In this document: positions 10,730 through 22,045 of the stretch, in pieces | Layout of the letters: each line of letters opens with the position of its first letter | Numbering within the stretch: position 1 is the first letter of the stretch | Source: Actinomycetes bacterium | GTDB taxonomy: Bacteria; Actinomycetota; Actinomycetes; Actinomycetales; Microbacteriaceae | Length of the DNA: 63,535 nucleotides | Direction: 5' to 3' | NCBI GenBank assembly: GCA_023432005.1 | Contig: JAEYVF010000020.1 | Location: forward strand, 1 to 63,535 | The notes under the pieces: generated by a model | What the model saw: the letters and a program-made list of their open reading frames with translations, nothing else | The model's database searches: none | Told to the model about the DNA's origin: nothing | Position numbers and translations under genes: made by a program

Positions 10730-11176
10730 TCAGGACTCGGGCGCGGCTGCCGCGCGCTCGGCCTCCAGCCGCCGCCACTCCTTCTCCTTCTGGATGTACT
10801 CGTTGTCCGCGTAGTCGGCGAAGTCGGACTCGTCGGTGACCCGGCGCACCTCGAGCTTGCTGCCGGGGCCGAGCGGCGCCCGCTTCGCCCACTCCGCCGC
10901 CTCCTCAGGGCTCGAGACCTCGATCATCCAGAAGCCGTTGAACAGCTCGTGCGTCTCCCCGTAGGGGCCGTCGGTCACGGCCGGCGGCTGGGACGAGAAG
11001 TCCACCACGAAGCCCTCCTTGGCATCCGTGAGCCCCTCGCCCGCGACGAGCACGCCCGCCTCGATCATCGACTCGTTGTAGGCGCCCATCGCGTTGATGA
11101 CCTGCTCGAAGTCGAGTTCCTCGTAGGCGGCGACGGCGGCGTCGTCGGTGGCGCGCATGATGAGCATGTACTTCAT
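10730..11176 (-). CDS. YciI/DGPF family protein
   Basis: MKYMLI, TDGPYGETHELFNGFW, EVRRV. Confidence 0.88.
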   Translation of the reverse strand: MKYMLIMRATDDAAVAAYEELDFEQVINAMGAYNESMIEAGVLVAGEGLTDAKEGFVVDFSSQPPAVTDGPYGETHELFNGFWMIEVSSPEEAAEWAKRAPLGPGSKLEVRRVTDESDFADYADNEYIQKEKEWRRLEAERAAAAPES

Positions 11177-11295
11177 GGTGTTCTCCCTCGTTCGTGGGGG
11201 CCCTGTCACGCCCCTCTACTATCCATGTCGAACGGGGATGAGCGCGATCGACGACGCCCGCGAGAAATTCCCGCGGGCGTCGTCGTGGCTCGCCG

Positions 11296-11571
11296 CTAGA
11301 GCTGCGGCGCGAGGGCGAAGCGGATGTCGCCCTCCGGGGTGATGACGGCGTCGAGGGTCATCTCGTCGAGCACCTGGGCGACGGGCGCGTCCATGAAGAC
11401 GCGTGCGCCCTCCCGCTCGACGACGACCTCGCTGGGCCCCGGGGCCTCCGCGATGGCGATGTCGAAGCGGTTGTCGCCCTGCTGGATGCGCAGGCCCGCC
11501 GTGTCGGTCTCGCTCGCGCGAGCCACCAGGTCGGAGACGACCGTTCCGGCGTTCTCGGTGAGGGTGAGCAT
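11296..11571 (-). CDS. HesB/IscA-like small protein
   Basis: MLTLTENA...AGLRI...GARVF.D...LD pattern; RBS GAAAGGGG. Confidence 0.7.
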   Translation of the reverse strand: MLTLTENAGTVVSDLVARASETDTAGLRIQQGDNRFDIAIAEAPGPSEVVVEREGARVFMDAPVAQVLDEMTLDAVITPEGDIRFALAPQL

Positions 11572-11685
11572 TGCGGTTCCCCTTTCCTCGGTTTCGGAGT
11601 CGGCCACGATTCCGAGAATCCGCGGATGCCGCAACCCCGCGTCTCGGCGGGTCGCATCATACGGAGGGGATTGCCAGGGTTTCGG

Positions 11686-12848
<1,163 letters not shown>

Positions 12849-12852
<4 letters not shown>

Positions 12853-13934
12853 ACCGAAGCCACCGCCTCCCGCAGCCGGGCGGCCGCATCCTCGGGAACG
12901 ATATCCGCCACCCAGGCGCCCATGGCCGCCTCCGAGCCGGCGAGGAACTTGAGCCGGTCGGCGCCCCGCCGCGGCGAGGTGATCTGCAGCATGAGCCGCA
13001 CGTCGTCGCGGCCCTCGCGCACGGGCGCCTGGTGCCACGCGGCGATGTAGGGCGTCGGGGTCTCGTAGAGCGTGTCGAGCCCGAGCAGCAGGCGCTTGAA
13101 CACGACGGCGAGCTCGGCGCGCTCGGGCTCGTCGAGGGCGTCGATGTCGGGCACGTGCCGATGCGGCAGCAGGTGCACCTCGATGGGCCAGCGGGCGGCG
13201 AAGGGCACGAACGCCGTCCAGTGCTCTCCCGCGAGCACGACGCGCGGGCCGGCCTGCTCGCGCTCGAGGATGCGCGCGAAGAGGTCGGGGCCGAGCTCGG
13301 CGATCGCCGCGAGCGTCGAGAGCGTACGCGGGGTCACGAAGGGGTAGGCGTAGATCTGGCCGTGCGGGTGGCCGAGCGTCACGCCGATCGCCTCGCCGCG
13401 GTTCTCGAAGGGGAACACCTGCGCGACCCCCGGCAGCGCCGAGAGCGCGCGGGTGCGGTCTGCCCAGGCCTCGATGACCGTGCGGATGCGCGTGACGCTC
13501 TGGGTGCCGAGCGACCCCGTCGACTCGGGACTGAAGCACACGACCTCGCAGCGGCCGACCGACGGCGACGTGCGCTCGTAGCCGCGACCGGTGGGCGGCA
13601 GGGGCCCGCCCGAGTCGGGCCCGAACGACGGCGACTTGTTCTCGAAGACGACGACGTCGTAGAGGTCGGGGATCTCGGACGGGTTGTCGGGGGTCTGCGG
13701 CGCGAGCGGGTCGAGGTGCGCGGGCGGCAGGAAGACGCGGTTGTTGCGGCCCGAGGCGACCGAGATCCAGTCGCCCGTGAGCACGTCCTGCCGCATGGTC
13801 GCCGTCGCCGGCCGGGGATCGAGCCGCCGCTCGTCGATGCGGCGCTCGTCGGGGAGCGTCGTGTCGGGATCGTCGAAGTAGATGAGCTCTCGGCCGTCGG
13901 CCATGCGGGCCGAGCGGCGGGTGACGCCGGACAT
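12849..13934 (-). CDS. galT: galactose-1-phosphate uridylyltransferase
   Basis: FENRGEAIGVTLGHPHGQIY (HPH), KFLAGSE. Confidence 0.95.
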
Positions 13935-13937
13935 GCC

Positions 13938-13953
13938 CTTACGATAACGTAAG
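13938..13953. promoter_or_regulatory. palindromic operator between galT and DeoR regulator
   Basis: CTTACG-ATAA-CGTAAG in a 49-bp AT-richer divergent spacer. Confidence 0.6.
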
Positions 13954-13983
13954 CGCGTCTTGCCCAAACGAAAGGTTCCGTAA

Positions 13984-14796
13984 ATGACGGATGCGAGCCT
14001 GCCCGCCGCGGTGCGGCGCGCCCGCATCGCCGAGCGCGTGCGTGAGGACGGCATCCTGCGCGTCGCGGATGCGGCGGCCGAGTTCCGGGTGAGCGAGGTC
14101 ACCATCCGCGCGGACCTCGGTGCGCTCGAGGCGGCCGGGCTCGTGCGGCGCGTGCACGGCTCCGCGCTGCCCGCCGCCGGCGGCCGGCGCGAGGAGCCCG
14201 TCGAGCGCGTGTCGGCGCGCGACGCGGCGGCGAAGCGCGCGATCGGCCGACGGGCAGCGGCGCTCGTCGACAGCGGCACGAGCGTGCTGCTCGACGTCGG
14301 CTCGACGACCCTCGCGGTTGCCCACGCCCTCGTCGACCGCGCCGAGCGGGGCGACCTCGAGGAGCTCGTCGTGGTCACGAACGGCCTCTCGATCGCGCTC
14401 GCCCTCGAGGCCGCCGTGCCCCGCGTGACCGTCGTTCTCACGGGTGGGACCCTGCGCCCGCTCCAGCACTCGCTCGTCGACCCCGGCGCGACCGAGTCGA
14501 TCGCGAGCCTGCACGTCGACCTCGCGATCCTCGGCTGCAACGGCGTCGACGCGCGGGGCCGCATCACGAACCTCAACCTCGCCGAGGCGGAGGTCAAGCG
14601 CGCGATGGTCGCCGCATCCGCCGCCCGGCTCGTCGTCGCCGAGGCGAGCAAGCTCGGCGCACGGCACCTCGGCACGATCGGGCTCGCCGACGAGCGCACG
14701 ACCCTCGTCACCGCGGGCGCATGGACGGATGCCGCGGCCGCGACCGCGCGCGCTCTCGAGGGTCGCGGCGCGCACGTCGTGCGGGCGGACGCCTGA
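13984..14796 (+). CDS. DeoR/GlpR family regulator (probable gal regulator)
   Basis: VSEVTIRADL HTH, LDVGSTT, VVTNGL, LTGG. Confidence 0.92.
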   Translation: MTDASLPAAVRRARIAERVREDGILRVADAAAEFRVSEVTIRADLGALEAAGLVRRVHGSALPAAGGRREEPVERVSARDAAAKRAIGRRAAALVDSGTSVLLDVGSTTLAVAHALVDRAERGDLEELVVVTNGLSIALALEAAVPRVTVVLTGGTLRPLQHSLVDPGATESIASLHVDLAILGCNGVDARGRITNLNLAEAEVKRAMVAASAARLVVAEASKLGARHLGTIGLADERTTLVTAGAWTDAAAATARALEGRGAHVVRADA

Positions 14797-14878
14797 CCAC
14801 GTCACCGGCCGACTACATCTCCGCGGGGGAGATTGCAAGCGTCTACCGCCCCCGCGCCCACCTTCCTAGCGTCGGAGC

Positions 14879-16339
14879 GTGACGCAGAACACGGCCTCCA
14901 TCCCCGCCGACGCCTTCACCCTCCGCAGCCCCTTCGGGCGACGCGCGATCGGTCTCTCGGTCGCCGCGGCCGTGGGCGGTTTCCTCTTCGGGTTCGACTC
15001 CTCGGTCATCAACGGCGCGGTCGACTCCATCCAGGGCGACTTCGAGCTCGGCGCCTTCGTCACGGGCTTCGTCGTCGCGATCGCGCTCCTCGGATGCGCC
15101 GTCGGCGCCGTGCTCGCGGGCCGGCTCTCCGACCGCTGGGGGCGCCTCAAGGTGATGTTCCTCGGCGCCATCATGTTCTTCGCGAGCTCGGTCGGCACGG
15201 GCTTCGCGTTCTCGGTCTGGGATCTCGGCGTGTGGCGCGTGATCGGCGGGCTCGGCATCGGCATCGCCTCCGTCGTGGCGCCGGCCTACATCGCGGAGGT
15301 CGCACCCCGTCAGATCCGTGGGAGCCTCGCATCCCTGCAGCAGCTCGCGATCACGATCGGCATCTTCGCCGCCCTGCTGAGCGACGCGCTCCTCGCGGGC
15401 GGTGCGGGGGGCGCGGGCGAGGCGTTCTGGTTCGGGCTCGAGGCGTGGCGCTGGATGTTCCTCGTCGGCGTCATCCCCGCGGCGGTCTACGGCATCCTGT
15501 CGTTCACGCTCCCCGAGTCGCCCCGCTATCTCATCGCGAACGGGCGCTCCGACGAGGCGCGCGAGATCTTCGCGCGGCTCGTGCCGAAGGCCGACCTCGA
15601 CCACACCGTGCGGGATCTGCAGAAGGCCATCGAAGACGATCGCAAGAACGCGGGCGCCTCGATCCGCGGCCCCGTGCTCGGGCTTCAGCGCATCGTGTGG
15701 GTGGGCATCATCCTGTCGGTGTTCCAGCAGTTCGTCGGCATCAACGTGATCTTCTACTACTCGACGAGCCTGTGGGCCTCCGTCGGCTTCGCGGAGTCGG
15801 CGTCGTTCACGATCAGCGTCATCACCTCGGTCGTCAACGTCCTCGTGACGCTCGTCGCGATCTTCCTCGTCGATCGCGTGGGCCGGAAGCCCATCCTGCT
15901 CACGGGATCCGTGCTCATGACGGTCTCGCTCGCGACCATGGCGATCGCGTTCCTCTTCGCGCGGGGCTCGGGCGACGACGTGAGCCTGCCCGCGCCGTTG
16001 GGGCCCATCGCGCTCGTCGCGGCGAACCTCTTCGTCGTCGGATTCGGTGCGTCGTGGGGGCCGCTCGTGTGGGTGCTGCTCGGCGAGATCTTCCCGAGCC
16101 GCATCCGCGGGAAGGCTCTCGGCGTGGCGGCGGGCGCGCAGTGGATCGCGAACTTCCTCATCACCGTCTCGTTCCCCGCGATGAGCGGATGGTCGCTGCC
16201 GCTCACCTACGGCATGTACGCCCTGTTCGCCGGGCTCTCGTTCGTCTACGTCGCGTGGCGCGTGCCCGAGACGAAGGGCATGGAGCTCGAGCAGACCGAG
16301 ACGCTCTTCCGCCGGAAGGGCGCCGAGAGCTCCGCCTAG
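14879..16339 (+). CDS. sugar porter family MFS transporter
   Basis: GGFLFGFDS, QQFVGINVIFYY, PESPR, PETKG. Confidence 0.93.
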   Translation: MTQNTASIPADAFTLRSPFGRRAIGLSVAAAVGGFLFGFDSSVINGAVDSIQGDFELGAFVTGFVVAIALLGCAVGAVLAGRLSDRWGRLKVMFLGAIMFFASSVGTGFAFSVWDLGVWRVIGGLGIGIASVVAPAYIAEVAPRQIRGSLASLQQLAITIGIFAALLSDALLAGGAGGAGEAFWFGLEAWRWMFLVGVIPAAVYGILSFTLPESPRYLIANGRSDEAREIFARLVPKADLDHTVRDLQKAIEDDRKNAGASIRGPVLGLQRIVWVGIILSVFQQFVGINVIFYYSTSLWASVGFAESASFTISVITSVVNVLVTLVAIFLVDRVGRKPILLTGSVLMTVSLATMAIAFLFARGSGDDVSLPAPLGPIALVAANLFVVGFGASWGPLVWVLLGEIFPSRIRGKALGVAAGAQWIANFLITVSFPAMSGWSLPLTYGMYALFAGLSFVYVAWRVPETKGMELEQTETLFRRKGAESSA

Positions 16340-16376
16340 CGGGGGCCGGGCGCGCATCCCCCCTAGGCTTCTGGTC

Positions 16377-17309
16377 GTGCTGACCCCCATCGGAGAGATC
16401 ATCGAGCTGCGCACGGCGCGCTCGGCGGCGAGCATCGCGACGCTGGCCGCGGCCCTCACGAGCCTCGACGTCGGCGGCCGGGAGCTCACCGAGCGCACGC
16501 CCTCGACGCGCCTCCCCGGTCACGGCAACGGCATCGTGCTCGCGCCCTGGCCGAATCGGGTGCGCGACGCGCGCTGGACCCACTGCGGCGAGGTGCAGCA
16601 CCTCGACGTCACCGACCCGAGCCGGGGCAACGCCATCCACGGGCTGCTGCGCAACACGGCGTACCGGGTGCTCGAGCGCACGGATGTCGTGGTCGTGCTC
16701 GGCGCGTTCATCCACCCCCAGCACGGGTGGCCGTTCCTGCTCGAGACCTGGGTGCGGTACGCGCTCGCCGAGGACGGCCTGACCGTCACGCACGGCGTGC
16801 GCAACCTCGGCGCCGAGCCCGCGCCGTGGGCGGTGGGGGCGCATCCGTACTTCCGCGTGGGCGACGTACCCGTCGAGGACCTCGAGCTCGAGGTGCGGGC
16901 GCGCCGCTACCTCGAGCTCGACGACGCCCTCGTGCCGGTCGCGGTGCGCGACGTCGAGCCGGGCGGCCCGTTCGATCTCTCGACGCCGCGCGGGCTGGGC
17001 GGGCTCGACCTCAACGTGGGCTACCAGGACGTCGTGACCGGCCCCGAGGGCGCCGCCGTGCTGACCGCGCCCGATGGGAGCCGCACGGTCGTGTGGCAGG
17101 ACGAGCCGTTCCGCTGGCTGCAGGTGTTCACACCGCGCGACTTCCCGCACGTAGCCGCGGACGGCTCCGAGGGCCCCGCGCTCGCGGTCGCGCTCGAGCC
17201 CATGACGGCGGCGCCCGATGCGCTCAACTCCGGCGAGGGCCTCGTGTGGCTCGAGCCGGGTCGGAACTGGGAGGCGTCATGGGGCGTCCGTCACGAGGAG
17301 GGTCGATGA
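16377..17309 (+). CDS. aldose 1-epimerase family protein (copy 1)
   Basis: LAPWPNRV, AIHGL, GAHPYF, ALEPMT. Confidence 0.88.
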   Translation: MLTPIGEIIELRTARSAASIATLAAALTSLDVGGRELTERTPSTRLPGHGNGIVLAPWPNRVRDARWTHCGEVQHLDVTDPSRGNAIHGLLRNTAYRVLERTDVVVVLGAFIHPQHGWPFLLETWVRYALAEDGLTVTHGVRNLGAEPAPWAVGAHPYFRVGDVPVEDLELEVRARRYLELDDALVPVAVRDVEPGGPFDLSTPRGLGGLDLNVGYQDVVTGPEGAAVLTAPDGSRTVVWQDEPFRWLQVFTPRDFPHVAADGSEGPALAVALEPMTAAPDALNSGEGLVWLEPGRNWEASWGVRHEEGR

Positions 17310-18220
17310 GCACACGAACGGGAGTCGGCGAGCGGTTCGGGCTGCGCACCGGGGAGGCCTTCGCCGAGGTCGGCACGGTCGCGGCGGTGCTGTGCGCGCT
17401 GCGGGTGGGGGACGTCGACCTGACGGAGCCGCTGCCCCAGGAGACGGCCCCGCCGCCGTTCTGCTCGGGCATCGCCCTCGCGCCCTGGCCCAACCGCGTT
17501 CGCGCCGGACGCTGGGAGTACGAGGGCGTGCCGCAGCAGCTCGACATCACCGAGCCGAAGCGCGGGGGAGCGCTGCACGGCCTGCTCGAGTTCGCCGAGT
17601 ACGAGGTGCGAGAGCGCGGGGAGGCCTCGATCACGCTCGGTGCCGTCATCCACCCGCAGCACGGCTGGCCGTTCCTGCTCGACACGTGGGTGAGGTTCGA
17701 GCTGCAGCCCGATGGCATCACCGTGACCCACGGTGCCCGCAATCTCTCGGGCGTGCGCGCGCCCTACGCGACGGGCACGCATCCGTACCCCCGAGTCGGC
17801 GCGCACGACGTCGCCGACCTGCTGCTCACGGTGCCGGCCGACGAGTACCTGGAGGTCGACGAGCGCCTCGACCCGGTCGCGTGGCACGAGGTGTCGGGCG
17901 GCACCGAGCTGCGCGACGGCGTGCGCGTGGGCGACCTCGAGCTCGACACCGCGTTCCGCGGCCTGCGGCCCGTCGACGGTGTGACCGCCGTGCTGAGCGC
18001 GCCCGACGGATCGCGTCTCGAGGTCTGGCAGGACGACGACTGGCGCTACCTGCAGGTGTTCACGACGCCGATCTTCCCCAAGGACGGCGGCCTCGGCACC
18101 GCGGTCGCGATCGAGCCCATGACGGCGCCGCCCGACGCGCTCAACTCGGGTGAGGGCCTCATCTGGCTCGAACCCGGCGCGACGTACGAGGGCCGCTGGG
18201 GCCTGCGCTACCGCCCGTGA
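17306..18220 (+). CDS. aldose 1-epimerase family protein (copy 2)
   Basis: ATGA overlap with copy 1; LAPWPNRV, ALHGL, GTHPY, AIEPMT. Confidence 0.88.
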   Translation: MSTRTGVGERFGLRTGEAFAEVGTVAAVLCALRVGDVDLTEPLPQETAPPPFCSGIALAPWPNRVRAGRWEYEGVPQQLDITEPKRGGALHGLLEFAEYEVRERGEASITLGAVIHPQHGWPFLLDTWVRFELQPDGITVTHGARNLSGVRAPYATGTHPYPRVGAHDVADLLLTVPADEYLEVDERLDPVAWHEVSGGTELRDGVRVGDLELDTAFRGLRPVDGVTAVLSAPDGSRLEVWQDDDWRYLQVFTTPIFPKDGGLGTAVAIEPMTAPPDALNSGEGLIWLEPGATYEGRWGLRYRP

Positions 18221-18268
18221 CGAGGATTCGGCCCCCCGCAATACGTATGCGCTCGGCAGAATGAATCG

Positions 18269-19357
18269 GTGTCGTCCCCGAACACCGTCCCCGTCGCCAC
18301 CCCGACCCCGGCCCAGATCCGCCGCTGGCGCCGCTACCTCGCGGCCGAGCGCGCCGAGGCGTCGATCTACCGCGAGCTCGGCCAGCGGCGCGACGGGCCC
18401 GAGCGCGAGATCCTCCTCGCGCTCGCCGACGCCGAGTCGCGGCACGAGGGCCACTGGCTGAAGCTGCTCGGCGCGAAGGCGGAGCCCGCGCCGCGCCCCG
18501 ACGCCCGCACCCGCGTCCTGGGTTTCCTCGCGAAGCGCCTCGGGTTCCTCTTCGTGCTCGCGCTCGCGCAGAGGGCGGAGGGACGCTCGCCCTATGACGA
18601 CGACCCGCATGCGACCGAGCGGATGGCGGCCGACGAGCGCATCCACGGCGAGGTGCTGCGCGGGCTCGCATCCCGGGGCCGCACGCGGCTCTCGGGCAGC
18701 TTCCGCGCCGCCGTCTTCGGCGCCAACGACGGCCTCGTCTCGAACCTCGCGCTCGTGCTCGGCATCGGCGCGACGGGTGCGCCCCCGAGCGTCGTGCTCT
18801 TCACGGGCATCGCGGGCCTGCTCGCGGGGGCGCTCTCGATGGGCGCGGGCGAGTACGTGTCGGTCAAGTCCCAGCGCGAGCTGCTCGCGGCATCCCGTCC
18901 CGACCCGGAGTCGCAGAGCGCGCTCACGCACCTCGACGTCGATGCCAACGAGCTCGCGCTCGTCTACCGCGCGCGGGGCATGCAGCCCGAGGAGGCCGAC
19001 ACGCACGCGCGCGAGGTGCTCGCCACGCTGCATCTCGACGCCGACACCCCGCCCCAGGAGCTCGACCCGGATGAGGCGGTCGGCTCCCCGTGGCACGCCG
19101 CGGGATCGAGCTTCCTGTTCTTCGCATCCGGCGCCCTCATCCCCGTGCTGCCGTACCTCTTCGGCATGACGGGGCTCGGTGCGGTCGTGCTCGCCTCGGT
19201 GCTCGTGGGCGTGGCGCTCCTCGGCACGGGCGCCGTCGTCGGCATCCTCTCGGGTGCGCCGCCCCTCAAGCGCGCCCTCCGGCAGCTCGCGATCGGCTAC
19301 GGCGCCGCCGGGGCCACCTACCTGCTGGGCCTCCTCTTCGGCGCCACCCTCGCCTGA
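18269..19357 (+). CDS. VIT1/CCC1 transporter with N-terminal rubrerythrin/ferritin-like domain
   Basis: E..H motifs at N-terminus; FRAAVFGANDGLVSN, ALSMGAGEYVSV. Confidence 0.88.
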   Translation: MSSPNTVPVATPTPAQIRRWRRYLAAERAEASIYRELGQRRDGPEREILLALADAESRHEGHWLKLLGAKAEPAPRPDARTRVLGFLAKRLGFLFVLALAQRAEGRSPYDDDPHATERMAADERIHGEVLRGLASRGRTRLSGSFRAAVFGANDGLVSNLALVLGIGATGAPPSVVLFTGIAGLLAGALSMGAGEYVSVKSQRELLAASRPDPESQSALTHLDVDANELALVYRARGMQPEEADTHAREVLATLHLDADTPPQELDPDEAVGSPWHAAGSSFLFFASGALIPVLPYLFGMTGLGAVVLASVLVGVALLGTGAVVGILSGAPPLKRALRQLAIGYGAAGATYLLGLLFGATLA

Positions 19358-19394
19358 TCGTCCCCGTGGCGAGGGAAGGGGGCACACTGGACGC

Positions 19395-19817
19395 ATGGAG
19401 CGCGACGACCTCATCCGGCTGCGCAAGGCGCGCGACCGCATCGACCGCGAGTACGCGCAACCTCTCGACGTCGAGGCGCTCGCCCGCACGGCCCTCATGT
19501 CATCCGGCCACTTCGCGCGCAGCTTCCGCGCCGCCTACGGCGAGACGCCCTACGGCTACCTCATGACCCGCCGCATCGAGCGGGCCAAGGCCCTGTTGCG
19601 CCGCGGCGACCTCACGGTCACCGAGGTGTGCGTCGAGGTCGGCTGCACCTCGCTCGGCTCGTTCAGCTCGAGCTTCACGAAGCTCGTCGGGGTCTCGCCC
19701 TCCGCCTACCGCGCCGCCGCGCATCCGGATGCCGCCGAGTCGGCTCTCGACGACATCCCGTGCGTCGCGAAGAACATCACGCGACCGGTCAGGATTCGAG
19801 AAGCGTCGAGCGGGTAG
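19395..19817 (+). CDS. AraC family HTH regulator
   Basis: ARDRIDREYA, FRAAYGETP, VGCTSLGSFSSSF. Confidence 0.9.
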   Translation: MERDDLIRLRKARDRIDREYAQPLDVEALARTALMSSGHFARSFRAAYGETPYGYLMTRRIERAKALLRRGDLTVTEVCVEVGCTSLGSFSSSFTKLVGVSPSAYRAAAHPDAAESALDDIPCVAKNITRPVRIREASSG

Positions 19818-19835
19818 CCGCCGTAGCGTTGCGGC

Positions 19836-20237
19836 ATGACGATCAGACTGCGCAACAGCTTCCTGTACGTGGACGACCCCGCCGCCGCGCTCGAGTTCTA
19901 CCGCGACGTGCTGGGCTTCGAGGTGCTCATGGACGTCGACCAGGGCGGCGGCATGCGCTGGATCACGGTCGCGCACCCGGGTGCCGACGCCTCCATCGTG
20001 CTCACACCGGTCACCGCGGGCGTCTCGGAGGAGGACGGCGCGACGCTCGCCGACCTGCTCGCGAAGGGCGTGCTCGCGGGCGTCGTGCTCGAGACCGACG
20101 ACCTCGACGCCGACTTCGAGCGCGTCGCGGCATCCGGCGCCGACATCATCCAGGAGCCCATGGACCAGCCGTGGGGCGCGCGCGACGCCGCGTTCCGCGA
20201 TCCCTCCGGCAACCAGCTGCGGATCAGCCAGGCCTGA
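19836..20237 (+). CDS. VOC/glyoxalase family protein
   Basis: FYRDVLGF, QEPMDQPWGARDAAFRDPSGN. Confidence 0.9.
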   Translation: MTIRLRNSFLYVDDPAAALEFYRDVLGFEVLMDVDQGGGMRWITVAHPGADASIVLTPVTAGVSEEDGATLADLLAKGVLAGVVLETDDLDADFERVAASGADIIQEPMDQPWGARDAAFRDPSGNQLRISQA

Positions 20238-21036
20238 GGTGTGCGGCATCTGCCTCCCCGGAGGGGGCTGGGCTCCACGTCCCGACGACCGCCGTCCCGT
20301 CCCGCTCCTCGTCGCGCACGACACGCTCGACGAGCCCCTGCTCGTGCAGCAGTGACGCCGTGAGCGGCGCCTGCCGCCGGCTCGTCTCGACGATGACGCG
20401 GGCGCCGGGCGCGAGCCACTCGCGGCATCCGGATGCGACGCGCGCCTGCACGGCGGTGCCGTCGCGTCCGCCGTCGAGGGCGACGAGGTGCTCGTGGTCG
20501 CGCGCCTCGGCCGGCATGAACGCGATCTCGTCGCTCGGCACATAGGGCGCGTTCGCGACGATGAGGTCGACGCGGCCGAGCAACTCGCGGGGCAGCGGAT
20601 CGAAGAGGTCGCCTTCGCGAACGCGCTCGGGCGGAAGGTTCCTGCGGGCGACGGCCACGGCATCCGGGTCGATGTCGGCGGCCCACACCTCGGCGTCGGG
20701 GCGCGCCGCCCGGATCGCCGCCGCGATCGCGCCCACGCCGCAGCACAGCTCGACGACGACCGCGTCGTCCGGCAGGCCCTCGAGCGCGAGGTCGACGAGC
20801 AGCTCGCTCCGCGCGCGCGGCACGAACACGCCCGGCGCGACGTCGACGCGCAGCCCCGCGAACTCCGCCCACCCGAGCAGCGGCTCGAGCGGCTCGCCCG
20901 CGACGCGGCGCGCGACGAGCGCCTCGAGGGCCTCGCCGGATGCGGCCTCCCGCAGCAGCGCCGCCTCGTCCTCCGCGAACACGCAGCCCGCGGCACGCAG
21001 CCGCGCGACGAGTGGGTCGGGGTCGGGCGCGATCAC
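20224..21036 (-). CDS. PrmC/HemK-like protein N5-glutamine methyltransferase
   Basis: RLRAAGCVFAEDEA, ELCCGVGAI, ANAPYVP, ALDGG. Confidence 0.85.
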   Translation of the reverse strand: MIAPDPDPLVARLRAAGCVFAEDEAALLREAASGEALEALVARRVAGEPLEPLLGWAEFAGLRVDVAPGVFVPRARSELLVDLALEGLPDDAVVVELCCGVGAIAAAIRAARPDAEVWAADIDPDAVAVARRNLPPERVREGDLFDPLPRELLGRVDLIVANAPYVPSDEIAFMPAEARDHEHLVALDGGRDGTAVQARVASGCREWLAPGARVIVETSRRQAPLTASLLHEQGLVERVVRDEERDGTAVVGTWSPAPSGEADAAHLRPG

Positions 21037-21055
21037 CCGGACACGGTACCGCCGG

Positions 21056-21421
21056 TCAGCCCGGCTGGCCTTCTCCCGCATCCGCCGCCGCACGGCGACC
21101 GGGCCTCGACGGCACGAGCTTGAGGCCGATCGTCGCGGCCACGATGACCGCGATGAACACGACCTTGAGGGCCGACGCGGGCTCATCGCCGACCGCCATC
21201 GCGTAGGCGACCGTGAGCGCGGCGCCGACGCCCGTCCACACCGCGTAGGCCGTGCCGATCGGGATGCGGCGGGCCGCCCAGCCGAGCCCCGCCATGCTCC
21301 CGGCGAGGGCCACCGCGAACACGACGGTCGGCACCGGCTGCGTGAGCCCCTCGGAGTGGCCCAGCGCCGTCGCCCACACGGCCTCGAGCACGGCGCTCGC
21401 GAGCAACACGATCCACGGCAT
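21056..21421 (-). CDS. SMR (SugE/Gdx-like) transporter subunit 2
   Basis: MPWIVLLASAVLEAVWA, IPIGTAYAVWTGVG. Confidence 0.88.
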   Translation of the reverse strand: MPWIVLLASAVLEAVWATALGHSEGLTQPVPTVVFAVALAGSMAGLGWAARRIPIGTAYAVWTGVGAALTVAYAMAVGDEPASALKVVFIAVIVAATIGLKLVPSRPGRRAAADAGEGQPG

Positions 21422-21423
21422 CG

Positions 21424-21738
21424 TCAGCTCACCGCCTTGAGGCCGATCACGGCGCCCACGAGCGCCGCGATGAGCAGCAGGCGCACGACATCCGCTCGCT
21501 CGGCGCCCGACACGATCGACCACAGCACCGTGAGGCTCGCCCCGATGCCCACCCACACGGCGTAGGCCGTACCGGTGGGGATCTCGGCCATCGCGATCGC
21601 GAGGCCGACCATGCTGAGGGTCATCGCGACGACGAACACGATCGTCGGCAGCGGTTTCCGGAAGCCCTTCGATGCCCCGAGCGCCGTCGCCCAGACGGCC
21701 TCGAGCATCCCGGATGCGATGAGCACGATCCACGACAT
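21424..21738 (-). CDS. SMR (SugE/Gdx-like) transporter subunit 1
   Basis: MSWIVLIASGMLEAVWA, PTGTAYAVWVGIG. Confidence 0.9.
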   Translation of the reverse strand: MSWIVLIASGMLEAVWATALGASKGFRKPLPTIVFVVAMTLSMVGLAIAMAEIPTGTAYAVWVGIGASLTVLWSIVSGAERADVVRLLLIAALVGAVIGLKAVS

Positions 21739-21744
21739 GACGGT

Positions 21745-21815
21745 CTTCCCGAGTCAGTCTTGTCGTGGTGCGGGTACTGCTCCCTCGTCCGCGAGGCCGG
21801 ATGCGGGCCTCCGAT
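21745..21815 (-). ncRNA. guanidine-III (ykkC-III) riboswitch
   Basis: Minus strand CGGACGAGGGAGCAGTACCCGCACCACGACAAGACTG fits the guanidine-III core; immediately upstream of SMR genes. Confidence 0.85.
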
Positions 21816-22045
21816 TCCAGGGTAGCGGGAGTCGCCGAGCAGGGGCCGTGCACCCTGCCCTGAGGGAGCGCGGCTCGACCGGCGCGCGTTGTCTAGCCCC
21901 GTCCGGGGGATGATCCCTCAGCTGTCACCCCCGATCGCGCAGGAGCGCTGATAGCTTCACAGCGACGCGGCACCCGACCCGGCGACCCGATCTCGCTCAA
22001 CCCCGGCGAGCGCCTCCGCCGTCGTCATGATCCCGAGAGCCCTGC

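Noticed and set aside
9481..11176. ECF sigma + YciI pair as a novel system
   Set aside because: Matches the known ECF42-type sigma/DGPF arrangement.
14833..14848. LacI-like operator TGCAAGCGTCTACC upstream of the sugar porter
   Set aside because: Only one half-site fits; too weak to support.
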